A stretch of 64,000 nucleotides of DNA from Fistulifera solaris (lineage: Eukaryota). The stretch lies in NCBI GenBank assembly GCA_030295235.1, contig AP026133.1, positions 496,001 to 560,000 of the forward strand. The letters are read 5' to 3'. The notes beneath the pieces were generated by a model. That model did no database searches and had not been told where the DNA came from. It saw only the letters and a program-made list of their open reading frames with translations. Positions within the stretch are counted from its first letter, which is position 1. The number at the start of each line of letters is the position of its first letter. Shown here one piece after another: positions 33,576 through 46,807 of this stretch. The translations under genes and the position numbers were made by a program.

Positions 33576-34418
33576 AGAATCAACCTATGCGATGTAGGTT
33601 CTGGTACATCGACACATCTGACGCTTCTGATTCAATGTTCAAGTGTACCAGGTACGGCACTGTTAACGCACATTGTCACTCAAATAATAGATTCCATAAT
33701 TCATCTCATTTGTTGTAGCTGTGCGAAAATCAGCACGAATGTGAAGGTAAATTCTTTTCGCTCTTTGTAATAGACAGGGAAAATGTTTTGCATTTTGCCT
33801 ATGGCGTAACCCCAAATCTAGCTCACTCACAGAATTGGTCCTATTTGCATTAGTTTTTTTGTTGTATAAAAGAAATGAGGAGTCACTGATGTCTAACGTC
33901 TAACGTCACTTTAACCTTAAATAATGTACTTCGTACCAGGTACTTCCGGCTATCGTCAGCATTGGGTCGTCGGTTGGCGGGGAACGGAGAAGTGTAAAGA
34001 ATACCATTCAATAAGTGGCACAAACTTCCAGCGTCCGAAGATGGCTGATAAAGCGATACGTGATCTTGTACACATTGACCTAGTAGCGATTTTACTTATG
34101 CTAACTGCTTACTAACTACGGAGTATCTTTTGAATCATTTGATGGCAACTGGGCAATGGCAACGGGCCGGGCAACGCTGCGAAGAGACCTGTGTACTCGG
34201 CACTCCGCACGCGTGCCGCTTACTACCAGTACACTGGTTTGGTTCGGTGTTGGTGGGTGTCGGAGAACAACGAAAAATGAGAACGCAAGACCGAACAGCA
34301 CTTTATTGCGAAGTCCGAGGACCAACTCATAGGCAATCGACACGATCCTTCGCTATTATTAATAAATATCAACAAAGGACACAAGAGCTATTGAATAATT
34401 GTCGTAGTAAACTGCGAA

Positions 34419-35003
34419 ATGAGCAAAGAACAAGCAAACCTTTGTGCACTCGACGAAACAGAGACCGAGTCGGAAGAGCTCGATCCTCCGTCAGAGTTTA
34501 TCTGTGGCCTAACAATGGAGATCATGCACAACCCCTTGATGAGTAAATACGGCCACAACTATGAACGTGAAGCAATAATAGAATGGCTGACTCGAGGAAA
34601 TGATTCGTGTCCCATGACACGTCGACCGATGAGACTGTCCGATTTAATTTCAAATCATAATCTTCGTGCTCGAATCGATGAATGGAGGAAGGAACATCGA
34701 GATGATATCAGCAGCCCATCCCTTGTCGAAATAACAACGCAGGAGCCGCAATGCTTCGGCATTATCAGCTTGGACCGTCAAGAAGCAGTGATAAGACGTA
34801 GTTCATCCTCGACTCAACGGAGCGCCCGAAGACACCTCCGTGGACAAGGATCCTCTCGACGACGGCCGAGTGCTACCCAGCCAGTTGCAACAACGCCAAC
34901 GGAAGTACCAACCGAACGATCTCGCCGAGGCGTGCCTGCTAGGTTCATGCGACGACTTTTCTCTGGCCGAGGTGTCTCATCGCGTTATGATCAAGAAAGT
35001 TGA
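34419..35003 (+). CDS. U-box domain protein (E3 ligase-like)
   Basis: PPSEFICGLTMEIMHNPLMSKYGHNYEREAIIEWL..CPMTRRPM..LISNHNLR..I..W. Confidence 0.9.
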   Translation: MSKEQANLCALDETETESEELDPPSEFICGLTMEIMHNPLMSKYGHNYEREAIIEWLTRGNDSCPMTRRPMRLSDLISNHNLRARIDEWRKEHRDDISSPSLVEITTQEPQCFGIISLDRQEAVIRRSSSSTQRSARRHLRGQGSSRRRPSATQPVATTPTEVPTERSRRGVPARFMRRLFSGRGVSSRYDQES

Positions 35004-35780
35004 AACTCTTTTCCGACTCGAGAAACTAATGCGCGTAGATAACATTTGTTGAATTAGATTGCACCTCTTGTAATCGAAGGTTAAATGTTACTGTCTTAAT
35101 TTTGTTTTAGACAGTTGTTTGTAATGCGAAAAGTGATCGATGAACAAAACTAACAACCGTCTGCATTTTTGCTTCAAACCTTATGATGCTTAGTAGTTTG
35201 AAATAGCAATGAAAGGACTGTCCGGAAGCTTTTGGAGCAGGAAATATCTGTGATCTAGAATTCTCAAAGTATTACTCCGAAGCATCAGTCGGTAACTTGG
35301 TTTCCGTTCGTGTGGGTATAATGTAACATCGAACATCGCCTATCCTTTCATATGTGGGTAATATCTCATATGTTGTGTCAAGGGGCGAGTGTAAAAACCA
35401 GCAAGGCAAGCTAAAATGTATGCGGATTCAGGATGATAGCTACCGGGACTGAAGCTGAGTCAAGAGTTACGAAGCTTCAAAATTGCTCCGTGTTAATAAA
35501 AAAGACAACCGCATTATTTGAATAATCATTACCACTTTATTTAGTGTCTTAGCGGCTAAAAGGTATACCGTATACCTACTACCTACTGGTACTTGAGTCC
35601 CACTCGAGCGAGAAAGAATGTCCTACCTCGTCCTCAGTCCGCAGTCTGCAACTAAAACCAAACGGAAAAAAGAACGATCGACTGAAAGCATCAAGCATCA
35701 ACAGCAAAAGCACGACAGAGTTCATTGCGAACTCTCATATTCCTGTTGCTCACTTCTAAAGAAAGAGAATAATTACCACA

Positions 35781-36450
35781 ATGAAGACAAACCAGAATAA
35801 TTCACAGTACTACGCACACCCGCCACAGTTGTACAGATGCCCGTTGAGTGGCAAGCTGATGGAAGGTAATTGGAAATGTAATTCACGATCGAGTCCGTTG
35901 AATGTAACATTCACTCGCTTTCTCTTCAACTCTAGAACCTGTAACAGATCCGTGTGCTCACAACTTTGATCGAGAGACAATCACTACTTATTTGGATAGT
36001 CACCACCGCTGCCCCATTTCAAAGAAGCCCTTGAGCCCGAGTGCTCTGCGAGCAAACCATTCATTAGCAGAACAAATAGAACGGTGGAAGTTTTACAAAG
36101 ACCATGACGGATTAGTGCGAGAGATTGTCGAGGAAGACCCAACATCAGCCTTATCAGAAGATGAAGAGTTTGATGATATAGTCATTCAAATGGAGCTTGG
36201 GACTCAGCGAAAGTCACGACAAGGGAAACATCACCAGAAAATGTACTATTACAATGAAATTCCGCCTGAGCTCATGCTCTTACCACAAGAACGTCAAATC
36301 TTAGCAAGCGTAAGGAGCAAAGTGGCGACCACTAGATCTATGGCGCAGAAACAGCGTTGCTATCGAACAACGTGCACATTGATCGGTTTTGTCATTCTTT
36401 GTGCCGGGGCACTTATTACATGGAACTCATTCTCGGGCGACGACGAATAG
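35781..36450 (+). CDS. U-box domain protein with C-terminal TM anchor
   Basis: PPQLYRCPLSGKLME | intron 35866-35935 | EPVTDPCAHNFDRETI...CPISKKPL...LRANHSLAEQIERW; TM LIGFVILCAGALITW. Confidence 0.85.
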
Positions 36451-36786
36451 TAGCGCCAAGCTTTTCTTTTAGGAAATGACAACTTGATCCAATTGGGGGA
36501 CCTATGCCTATTTTCAAATTTGCCCTAATTTTGCAACGGCAACCTGTTAACTCGTTTCGGTGGATGATTGCTATCCTAAGAATGCATCTCTGTATTGACT
36601 AAACTACCTGGTATGTATACTAGCATAAAACCTGATTTCTATTATCCAATGGTCGGTGCGTGTAAGTTATTTATTGCATGCGTAGAAAGTGAAGCGGAAT
36701 TTTTATTGTTTTTTAATGTGCATGGGTTGCAGAAAAAGTGAAGCCTTGTTAAGGGCAAGTGAGTTTGAATCCTTTTTGGATGTTAC

Positions 36787-37858
36787 TTACTCTTCAATAC
36801 CTTGAGGAAGAAGTAAAAGGGACTGAACAGTAACACTTGGATCCACCATGTTGATCAAGGCAGTTTCATGGATAAGAGAAGAATCGGAGCTCTGCGAAGT
36901 TCCATCTTCAGATACAATGTTGCCTTCTGAGTAATGGTCGCAGGTGTCGATTTCCTGGTTAGATAGGTCGGGGAACATCGGTAGACTTGACTCCGGTAGA
37001 ATCGAAGGTTCCACATCAACCAGCCATTCCAACGGATCTTGACCTCCGAGCTCTTTGAAGTCGTAGGTATGATGCTGTTCGTTCTTGAAGTCAGCGCCGT
37101 CAGATGTTGCAGGGAAGCAGAAAGAATCAAGCTCCCGTGCATCGACTACCGATGCTGGAGAAAACGTGTCCCATACGTTTTCAGTTTCAGTCGACACTGA
37201 AGATGCGTTTGAAACAAGAATAGGAAATGGGAGGCTGCGAGAACAACAAAAATTGTAAGCGTTGTAGGCGACCGGAAGAAAAGTTCACGAAGTTTTCAAC
37301 TTACACTTCCGTACGAAGCTGGGAGGGTAAAGCAGAAAGAGAAGATGACCGAGGAACTTTCTTTGGTAGTTTAGGTTTCTTCATACTTCGTGAAGGCAAA
37401 GAAGGAGGAAGACTCATTTTTCGCTTCGCAGACGGCTTGCTTGGCGAGGATGGCGCCACATTCCCTTTATTCACAATATGACGCTCCATGCGCTGAAAGT
37501 ATTTTTGAGCATGCGTCCGCACTTGAACAACAGTGCGCGTCCCTATCATATTTGCAATTAGCTTCCATTGCTTTCCGTGCTTCTCAAGTCCTTCGAGAAA
37601 GACTTGATGCTCTTGCTCGGTCCACCTACCAATCTTTTCTTTATCTACAAGGGAAGGCGAAGATGACCCTCTTGGCGTGATCACAGCTCCTGAATCGTCT
37701 CCAGCAGGAGAGTCTGTGTTTGGCACTGATACTCGTAGGCCGTGTCCACCATCCGACTTGGGCATGCCGCACAGTTCGGGACCATTAGAATCAACGGCCG
37801 TCTCAGGCAACGGTGCCAATTTACTCACGAAAGCGTTGACGGGAAAAGAGTTGTTCAT
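36787..37858 (-). CDS. MYB-related (SHAQKYF class) transcription factor
   Basis: GRWTEQEHQVFLEGLEKHGKQWKLIANMIGTRTVVQVRTHAQKYF; intron 37235-37304 restores the frame. Confidence 0.92.
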
Positions 37859-38877
37859 TGTTTTAACAGGGAAAATGAGAACGAAGAAGCTAGCAAAAGA
37901 AAAAGGATTCTGGAGCACTGATTTATCGCGAAAGCGAGTGGCAGATCGCCTTCGAAATTTTTCACGTCTTGCGAGATGTCAACCACTCTCGACGGACAGT
38001 GTGCGCCACCAAAAAACATCTGGCCGGAACACGGAGAGCATCTGCCTCCCTCTCTCACTTTGGATCTACAGTATAATCGTAGTGGTATTCTACGTGGTAA
38101 ATTCGAACTATTCAAGGACTACAATAGTGAAAATAGTGGGAGTGTAATTGCGGACGGGAAGGAAACTGCAAAGTCCGTAGAAAGTCTGCCAGAACACACG
38201 TACTACGGACAACTCTGGAAGTGTAAACAACGAACGGTATTGAACAATTTTCTGTATTCTAATTAAAGGACTTTCTCTTCCATGAATTCTCTGAATTCTT
38301 TAGATAAAAACTTAAAAACGATTGCTGAATTTATAAACTGCAGCGAATTAGAATTGAGGTTTCTGAGTTTCTACAATTTCATCATATTCTTTAGTGACGT
38401 GAAAAACACTATTGACCGCATTGCACCCTTTGCTTTAGTCCAATGAGATCGCAGCAAAATTAGTCACGATCACACACGATTGAAGTAACGTGTCCAATGT
38501 CTGATCCTCTATTATACGGATGATTGACAGTTAAAGAAGAAATATGGAGTAATTTTTGCATGTCTTACTTGAACTCTGTCACCTTTCATATCTTGGCCTT
38601 CTAAAACAATCCAAAAAGCATAAAAAGATCTCGCACATCCAAGTCCAAGTCCCATTGTTGCTGTGGAGTTAGAAAACCAGGGTCTGTCCATTTAGATTCA
38701 TGCGATATTGGCGCTTGTTGGGCTATGTTGGACAACCACGTAAAGTGCATAGCAGACCCGGGCAAACAACACTGTCTTATGAATTGTTCATTAAAGTTTA
38801 TACATTGAACATCAAATTCTGCTTGTCAAACGTGCCATAGCCCGTACGTTCTTAATTACTTTGACTCGGAAGAAAAG

Positions 38878-41800
38878 CTAAGGAGCACTTATGGTGTGTT
38901 TTGTTGGCTTTCCAATTATGACCTTACGCATTTCTGACGCAAATCGAAGTGTTGCGACTGTTTCCTCGGCATCTTCATGGTTGCTGGAAACACATGCGAT
39001 TAGTTGGACTTTAGTATCAGATTCAAGACTATCGAGCAGCAGATGAGTGAGCGTGCTGTTGCGGTACGGCACCAATCGCGCAAATTGAATTCTTGCATCA
39101 ATGATTTCAGAAAGCGTCTCGATAGCTGACAAGCGAATCTCACACCTTTACTTAGATATCGGGTGTTCGTTGAATTAAGTTTGTGGTCTTACGCGTCCAA
39201 TGGAGAGAAAATTAAGTTGGAACCAGCAAGGTCAACGAATTGTAGCTTTCCTCTACTTCCAAGACCGGTTGCAATATTGTATGAATGTACGTGAATGGTG
39301 GCAATTATGTGACTTGACGCTTTGTGCTCACTGACATTGGTACCGAGTTCCATAAGCTTGTTCACTCTGGCTTTAACACAGCATGACCAAATAGAGCAGA
39401 AGACGTCAAAGCTTTCAACCCGCAATGATAAAGCTCCTTGAACGACAGTCTCTCCATGTACATCTGTGCATAATTAAAGCTTGGTCTGTCGTCCTGAACT
39501 ACTGGCGTCTTCTTGGTCGTCACGACTTGCTTTGTGGTTAGTTTGACTAGCTTTGTTTTTGGCTGTGATTATCCTCCCTCTCTTGTCACTGGCTGGAGTC
39601 CCGACGAGTAAGTCACATAATCTTTTGTGCACCTCAATAATGCTCATAGTGAAGGTGTCTTTGTAGCGATCACTCCTTTCACTTGAAATATCAAAAGCTG
39701 TTTCATACTTCTAAACTGAAGGCCATGGTTCTCAATAGTAAGCTTACTGTCATGCATCACAGCGTCATCAAGTAGAGTGTAAGTCTTCCCACTACCAGTA
39801 GTTCCGTAACAAATCGTGCAAACATTGAAACCGTGAAGAGCACTCAAACATACTTCTTTCATCTCTTTGTAAATGTTGTGCTGACTGGCTGACGTTTCGA
39901 AAACTTGATCATATTCAAAGCAAAGAGGCCTTGAATCTTTTTCTACAATCACCGTGTCTTGTGATGGAAAAGACAACAATCCTTTGCCTTTGCTTGGGGC
40001 TCGCGGCCTGCAGTAAAGTCGAACGGAACCTCGGAAATCTTGTACTTTGTGGAGAAGTTTCCGCCGCACAGCTGATTCTGTGGCAAGCTTATCAAGGAGC
40101 CAACTCACTTCAGACTGATGTATTTCAACCACCCACCTGCTTTGCCCAAGGCAAGCTGTCCATTGCAAGTTGAGCCAGCTCGTCTGTTGTGGTCTTTTGA
40201 AGAAGTTCAAATTGTTGCCGGAATAGTTCAGACTGGGCTTGCAGCTTTCTCAATAGCTCCGCAAATGGTTGATTGGACAACTGGCGCAAATATGGATCAA
40301 GGTCTACGGCAGCTGCGGACGAGAGCATTTTTGTTCAGCTTTCTTCTTGCGACCAAAAGCCATCTTTCTTTTCCCACTAGGCTTTTTGTTCCCTTCATTG
40401 TGACCTCTGTCTTCTAGCTCTCTTCGAAGCATTCCTAGCTTGAGTTCCAAAGCCCGGTTTCTGGCGACCGCACCTTCAAGAGAGTCTTTCTGATGCTGAT
40501 CATAGTTCTTGTAGCGCTGTGAAATCACTTCTAATTGAGACTTCAGCCTTTCACTTTCAATTCTTTCCTTGATTGCTCTTGTGTGAAGCTTTCCAGCCTC
40601 TTGTTCTGCAAGCTCTGCTTGCTTCTTCCAAAATTGCGCAGTTCTTCATTCGCTCTCAAGTCGCCTCCTGTGCTAGTCGTTGTTTTGCCATGGCTTCAGC
40701 AGATCGCTTCTGCGCCATTGCCGTGGCTTCTGCTGCTCGATGTGTGACTGTATTTTGCCACTCTTGGCTATTACTCTTTTCTGCACTTTGGATTGCCTGC
40801 TTGGCCACTTTCACCGCTTCGCGGCTTCAGCTCGGCTTTCCTCAAGTTCCGATCGGAGCTCATTGAGTGCATTGTGCAGTTCTTCAACCAGTTCTTGATC
40901 AAATCCATGACCTGTCAATGAAGAAACTACTGATCTGTTGGCGGACTCAATATTATTGATACCGTCTGTGTTCATAGGGACAAGAGAAACAATTTTGGCC
41001 AAGGAAGAATGAAGATTTGAAGAACTTTCATGCATCTCAGATGACTGGTGCGAGGGAGGAGTGATGAGATGATTCTCCCTTGCCATGTGCGCTAGCAGTC
41101 GATGGCGGCAGGGGCAGATAGTCAGCATGATCTCTGGTCAATTTCTTGGGCCCATCATCGGGCAAGCCATCCTTCACGATATCAGAGTTTTCTAGCTGAT
41201 TTTCTCTCCGGCTTTCCTCCAATGCTTCCAACAGTAGACTCAAGAAAAGAGAAAAAGCCCGAACAAATTTGTCTTGGTCTGTCTGTGAGGGAGCTTCTAT
41301 GTCCAAAGAAGGATGGACAGGATCGTCCGTGATGATCAAAAAGATGCGATTTGCAGGACAGGTACTTCGCCTTGCTTTATTGGTAGTCTTTCCTTTCTAA
41401 ACAGCAATAATTCTTTCAAGGGGCATTTGTATATCTTTCTTCTTTCCCCAAACAAGCACTTTTGTTCCTGGTTCAAACTGTGACGTCCATTAATAGGACA
41501 AAGCTGTGGCTTTGCCAGTTGAATTAGCCATAGACCATCGTGGTCCACGGCTTCCACTCGTGTCACTACAATTTCCACCTAAACACACATCTGTCAAATC
41601 TTTGACTTTGGCACACTTGACGTATCATAAGCTGGACTTGCCGTACTGGTTAATTTTTTGGATAGCGACTCCCATGGTGTCGTCGCATAGTTTCTTTACA
41701 AAGAGAGCTTGCTCCTGATCCATGGCCCCTTCCTGAATATCCTTTTGATCCGAACTACCAGCAGTTGACAAAAATCAGCAAACGTCTGTCATGGGAGGCC

Positions 41801-42161
41801 GTAGTTGCTGATGCTGCGGTCCGAGGCGTCCTTTGCAAATTGCTGGTTTTTGTTTATATTCAATGCGCCGGTCTTTTTGCAATAGGCACTGCTGCTATCC
41901 GACATACCAGAGGACAGAAGAGCTTTATTCTTAGTTGGTCAATTTGCCACGCGAATCTCTGGTTTAGAATTCCTGTTGAAGGCGTCGGCATCCTGAACTC
42001 CCTGGCTGATGTGGGCTCACCAAATCATCTGAGTTAGAACCAGGGCTGTTGGAATTATTCAATCGGTTCCCTTTGCCAATATCACTACTGTTTTGGTAGT
42101 GGGTTGATAAAGCAGATCGTTGTACTTTGTTTTCTGGCAACGTTACTGTCGTGTTCATCAT
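38878..42161 (-). CDS. Kinesin-14 (C-terminal motor) family protein, heavily frameshifted; 5' extent uncertain
   Basis: RRKLLHKVQDFRGSVRLYCRPR neck, FEYDQVF, YGTTGSGKT, FVDLAGS, VPYRNSTLTHLLLDSL, ETVATLRFA; coiled-coil stalk upstream. Confidence 0.8.
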
Positions 42162-42735
42162 GATATTAGTAACAAAGATCGAGGCTATGGTGCAGCTGCT
42201 TTTCCGATATGCTTACTACCTCGTGATCCAAATTTGATACGGCGCTTCTCACTGCACATGATGACAAGAGCAAATGACAAGAACTCCGGCTTGGTTGTTT
42301 TAAGAGACACCTCTCATCAACAATGCTGCTAGCTGTTGTCGATCCTCCCTCGCGACTAAGAGGTCGTCAAGAACGGAGACAGTACCGGACAGTACCATGT
42401 ATACATCTTCGAGTACAGAGAAACAAAATGCGGTACCCATGCATAGCACAACCTTTTTATCACTGTCTAACTTAACGGTTCTCTATGACTCGTTTTGTTT
42501 TGTCAACGGAAATTTATCTTGATCGAAAAAATTCTACACTGCTACGATTATGTACTCGAAAACTGATTTTTTCTCCACAAAAATTTTTTCCACATATATA
42601 TTTTATTCCTAATTTTTTAATCGTCAGAATCTAAAATCTTGACATTCGACTGAATTTTCCACTTTTCATTCACATATATTTCAGTCTGACACTTCAATGA
42701 GTAAGCTTTGGTTCTAACTCCCTAGCCTTAGTGCG

Positions 42736-43101
42736 CTAGTAGAGGGCCAGTCCCGAGCCCGTTTCCCAATGAGGGGGATTCCGTTTTGGCATTCCTTCTC
42801 TTGGATTTCGCAGAAGCATACTAACTGACCTGACCAGGGAAAGACTCATGCGCGCCCGGATGAAGCCACAGATCTCGGAGTATGGCTTGTTCCACTTCCG
42901 CTGAAGTTTTCTTGCAAGCTGTCTCGATGCTGAAATAGCCTGTTGTCCCATCATTCCGTCAATGGAAAAGACCAGGGGAGTGAAGTCTCGTCTGCGTTCG
43001 TGGCAAGGGGGTCCGTACATGCTACGCTTTTCACGCTCTTGAGAAGCCAGAACCTTAATCGGGTCACGGTTTCTGTATTGATTTGTCAATAATTGCATCA
43101 T
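42736..43101 (-). mobile_element. 5'-truncated non-LTR retrotransposon fragment (REL endonuclease C-terminus, CRE/R2-like)
   Basis: EREKRSMYGPPCHERRRDFTPLVFSIDGMMGQQA...KWNKPYSEICGFIRARMSLSLVR matches the EK..KY..F.P.v.s..G pattern at the end of REL-encoding LINE ORFs; no RT portion present. Confidence 0.75.
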
Positions 43102-43336
43102 TAAACCTCTCTCGACTCTCGACCTTCGCTGCTCTATTCTTTAATATTCCCCCCATCGATAAAAACGCGAAGATCATCACTTCCTTTGGACGACGAAGTC
43201 ATAATGCAACTTGACAATCACCAAAACAGTTTTATCGTTCACTTGTCGGATTTGCTTTGAATTTTTGCTGAGATCGTGTCCGCTTTTAACGGTCTTTCAT
43301 CCGGCAAAGCAATCAAAAGATAGAAGCTTTGACGAA

Positions 43337-45392
43337 ATGTCGTCATGTTCCTTCCTCGAGAGGGGTGTCGTTGATTACCAACCACGGCCGTTTCAGAATT
43401 CAAATATGATCGCGCTGGCTCGAAGGGGGAGTTCCGCGTTTCGGCTTTCCGTCGGGCATCGAAAAGACAGTAAATGGGAACGTTGACGAGGCCGCGAGTT
43501 ATCTGACCGGGGTTGTGGTCTGTTCACTCTGCATCTTTTCCTTCTTTCTATGTTGGGTAATTGCTCTGATTGTTTTGCGATGTCTCGGTCCCAGCAGAGT
43601 AGGGATTTACTCAGGAGTGAGGCTACCTTTACCAGAACGCCCTGAACCAGCGGAAACATATGTTTCCGAGATAAAACTAAATGATCAAGAAAGCATTGAA
43701 CGCGACAGCCACGAAAGCATTCAATGTAACACGGAGCTTGCAGAGCAGGCAAAGGCTAGTTCAGCGGAAGATACTCTTAATGAAGAAATAAATGAAACTG
43801 CATCAATTCATCGGCACGGGGGGAAATGTCAGCTTGATTCTGAGTCGAATCCAAAGCACAATGATTATTTAATTTTGAGCAAGAGATGGACAGAATGGGA
43901 ACTTAGAGTTGAACAGCACAAACAACAACTGGACAGAATCCGCATTACCGTTCTCATTTGCGGTTCACTGGTCGTTGTTTCAGTTTTAACGATGGTCATC
44001 GCAGGAATCATGAACCTTAGCGATGCGAGTAAAGCGATGACCAAAGGGCTGGATAAAGCTAGACACATTGCCTTAAGCGGTGCTATTCTGATTGAAGACT
44101 TTCTAAGGAATCAAAACCTCCTCATTCGCAATATGAAGTCTTATCGAGCTACAATGAATGGCTTCTGCCCGCAGGTAGCGGAAACGGTGTGCGAGCAACT
44201 CAGTCCGATTTCAAACTGCACTTTCACCAAATTCTCGGAAACTATCCGAGTCTTTCTTTGGACCATTTTCATTGACTTGGGTACATATACATTCTTTGAA
44301 TTGACCTCCATTCAAAACGACCTGGTAAACGCCGCCGACAGTATGAGCAGTGTAAAACAGGGCGTTAATGGATTCACGTGGGCCTTCTGGACAGCTTGCG
44401 TATGGGCCTTGCTGCTCATGATCTTCACTATGTTCCTCATGTACGGAGTGATTCTGGCATGGTGCGAGGAACGTCGACAAAGTTTCCTGCAATGTGTTGT
44501 AACGATGATGCACCACTGGTTAGTTGTCCCGCTCTACATTTTCTTCGTGTTTTTGACATGGGTCTTCTCGATGATTTTTGTGATCGGAACGGCTTTGACA
44601 GCTGACTTTTGCTTTGATTCTCCAGATAGCAAGATTCTTGTAAGTGATTTGAGAGCACTGTGGTATTTCGCGTCCTTACCCTAATTGTGTTAAAAGACTA
44701 CGATTGACGCAAATCGAGAGCGTTTTTCCGAGTTAGGAGTTGAGTTTGCTACCTACTACGTGAGCGGGTGTCCTGAGAGTGGACTGCCGAATGAGCTGAA
44801 GAGCAAAAGTGATCTGTTAGTCCACTTTCTGCTAAAGGTTAGTGAGTTCGGGGCAGCACTCCAGTCCGATGAGGTCATTGAGATTTGCGGTGACACCAGT
44901 CGTTTCAAAGGAGTTGGGGCTTCACTCGAAGCCGCAACATGCAATGTCGCGAATACTTTATTGGACGTAAGTGTACATGGTTGTCAATATCAAGTATCAA
45001 CAACGAACTTAACCATGCAAATGCTGCCTTTTGACACCCTCCAGGTTCAAGACTATTTCGCTTGCCAAAATTTCCATCCCGTTTATGAGGCTACCGTCTA
45101 CGAAGCGCTTTGCTACGAAGCTAATCGGGGCCTTACATGGGTTGCATTCACTCAAATACTCATCGTCTTTCTCAGTATGATTATGTTGATGCTCAGAGTC
45201 GCATTTGTGGAAGTCTATGTGGACAACATGTCGGCAAGCACTAATAGTACATGGAATCGTCTTCTCAAACTTCTCTGTCTACAAGGGCAAAAGTCTTTAA
45301 ACGAGGAAACGAGCAAGGAACAAGTATATGAAGCTAATCGGATCGAGATCGAAAGTTCAAAGGTCCGCGATGATTTGAATTCAGACTGTTGA
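43337..45392 (+). CDS. Multi-pass membrane protein, Tweety/prominin-like topology
   Basis: Five hydrophobic segments, ADFCFDSPD, YYVSGC, C..FHPVY..TVYEALC; introns 44640-44696 and ~44967-45044. Confidence 0.65.
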
Positions 45393-45578
45393 TACAGGCA
45401 CTCTTTCGTTGCACTTTGGTGATGCGTATGCATATAATGATTCTTGTGCGAAATCGAAAGTGATGACCGCATGAAATACAATTCAAAAGTACGCCATAAA
45501 GCTGGATGTCACCAGATACCTGGTATGTTTTGAAAATGACGGCATTGTTAGCAGTGTTCGTTGGGCGGTGCGAAATAC

Positions 45579-46409
45579 TTATACATTAACTCGATAGCAG
45601 CTCCAACATCCTCTCTCATCTCGCTCATTTCTCTGTCTGTACAATTTTTGTAACCGTAGATATTCGACAAAGTGCGGAGCTAGCAATAGAAGAACAAACG
45701 TCTCAGGTGGAGGCAAGATTGTACCATCCAGCTCGGATCGGCCGCATTTCGGGACGATCGATTCCCCTTCATATGGCTCACCCGACAGCTTAACTCGGAA
45801 AAAGGCTTCCCTCCCAGCATCCGTAAGTCGTTCCCATTTCTCCAAACGAGCTTCCTGAAGGACCCCGGATGCTGTATCATCTACAATCACCAAATCACCT
45901 CTTATCCGATACTGTTCTGTCAAATTCCCAAACCACCAGTGCACCTCAGCTTGCGAATTCTCCCGTATTTGTTGTATCTTATCGGATCGAGCATCTGCTA
46001 CCATAGTCAAAATTGTTGACAAGTGTTCGCCGCATTCATTCTTTAACAAATGATCGTGGGGTAAATCCAGAAATCCTCGAAAGACTATTGATCGGCACCT
46101 TGGTTCGTTTGTTGTGGAGTCTACAGTTGCTAGCTGCAAGTATTGAAAGCCTGGAATCTCTTGTGACTTGGCAATGGAACTTTCCAACCGTTCTCTCCAC
46201 GATATCTCTGCATACGGATCTAAATCTTCCTTGTCGGCGGAACTATTACCTATATCCGATAGTCCGACGGCATCATAGCGATTGTCGTCGGTAGATTCTT
46301 GAAGTCTGCTGCCATTCATCAACGCTCGTTTCAATGTCGGTAACCGGAAGCTCTTACCAAAGCCAAGGATATAGACCCACAAGTAGAAGCAACTTACTAG
46401 AGGCTTCAT
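45579..46409 (-). CDS. Pyridoxamine 5'-phosphate oxidase-related FMN-binding protein
   Basis: YLQLATVD..PRCRSIVFRGF, DARSDK, EVHWWF..EQYRIRG, FVLLLLAPHFVEYLRL. Confidence 0.85.
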   Translation of the reverse strand: MKPLVSCFYLWVYILGFGKSFRLPTLKRALMNGSRLQESTDDNRYDAVGLSDIGNSSADKEDLDPYAEISWRERLESSIAKSQEIPGFQYLQLATVDSTTNEPRCRSIVFRGFLDLPHDHLLKNECGEHLSTILTMVADARSDKIQQIRENSQAEVHWWFGNLTEQYRIRGDLVIVDDTASGVLQEARLEKWERLTDAGREAFFRVKLSGEPYEGESIVPKCGRSELDGTILPPPETFVLLLLAPHFVEYLRLQKLYRQRNERDERGCWSCYRVNV

Positions 46410-46807
46410 CGTGTTTATCGTAACATCTCTTTCCTCGAATACGTACGGAGTATTCTATTTTCATGGTAAAATATCAAAGTGATGATATCCGTTCTCTCTC
46501 AAGGTTCAAGTTCTCCATGGCGCTGCTATGGTGATCGGCTTTTGTCAACACTATAGACAACAAGAAGTGACAAACCACCTAATATTTAGTGCTCTGGACC
46601 TGTGTTGTGCGATTTGGTTTAGTTGAGGAATCTTCATCGGGATGGAGTATGCCCAACGCATTCGAAATATCGTAAGTAATGAAATGCAACGGATGCCAAC
46701 CTCGAAGCTCATTTTCGCATCAAGAATAGTCGTTTAACATCCGCATACCAAATTACTTTTACTCGTTTTCTTCTACGTGTAAACTAAGAGGCAATCATGG
46801 CCGTACC

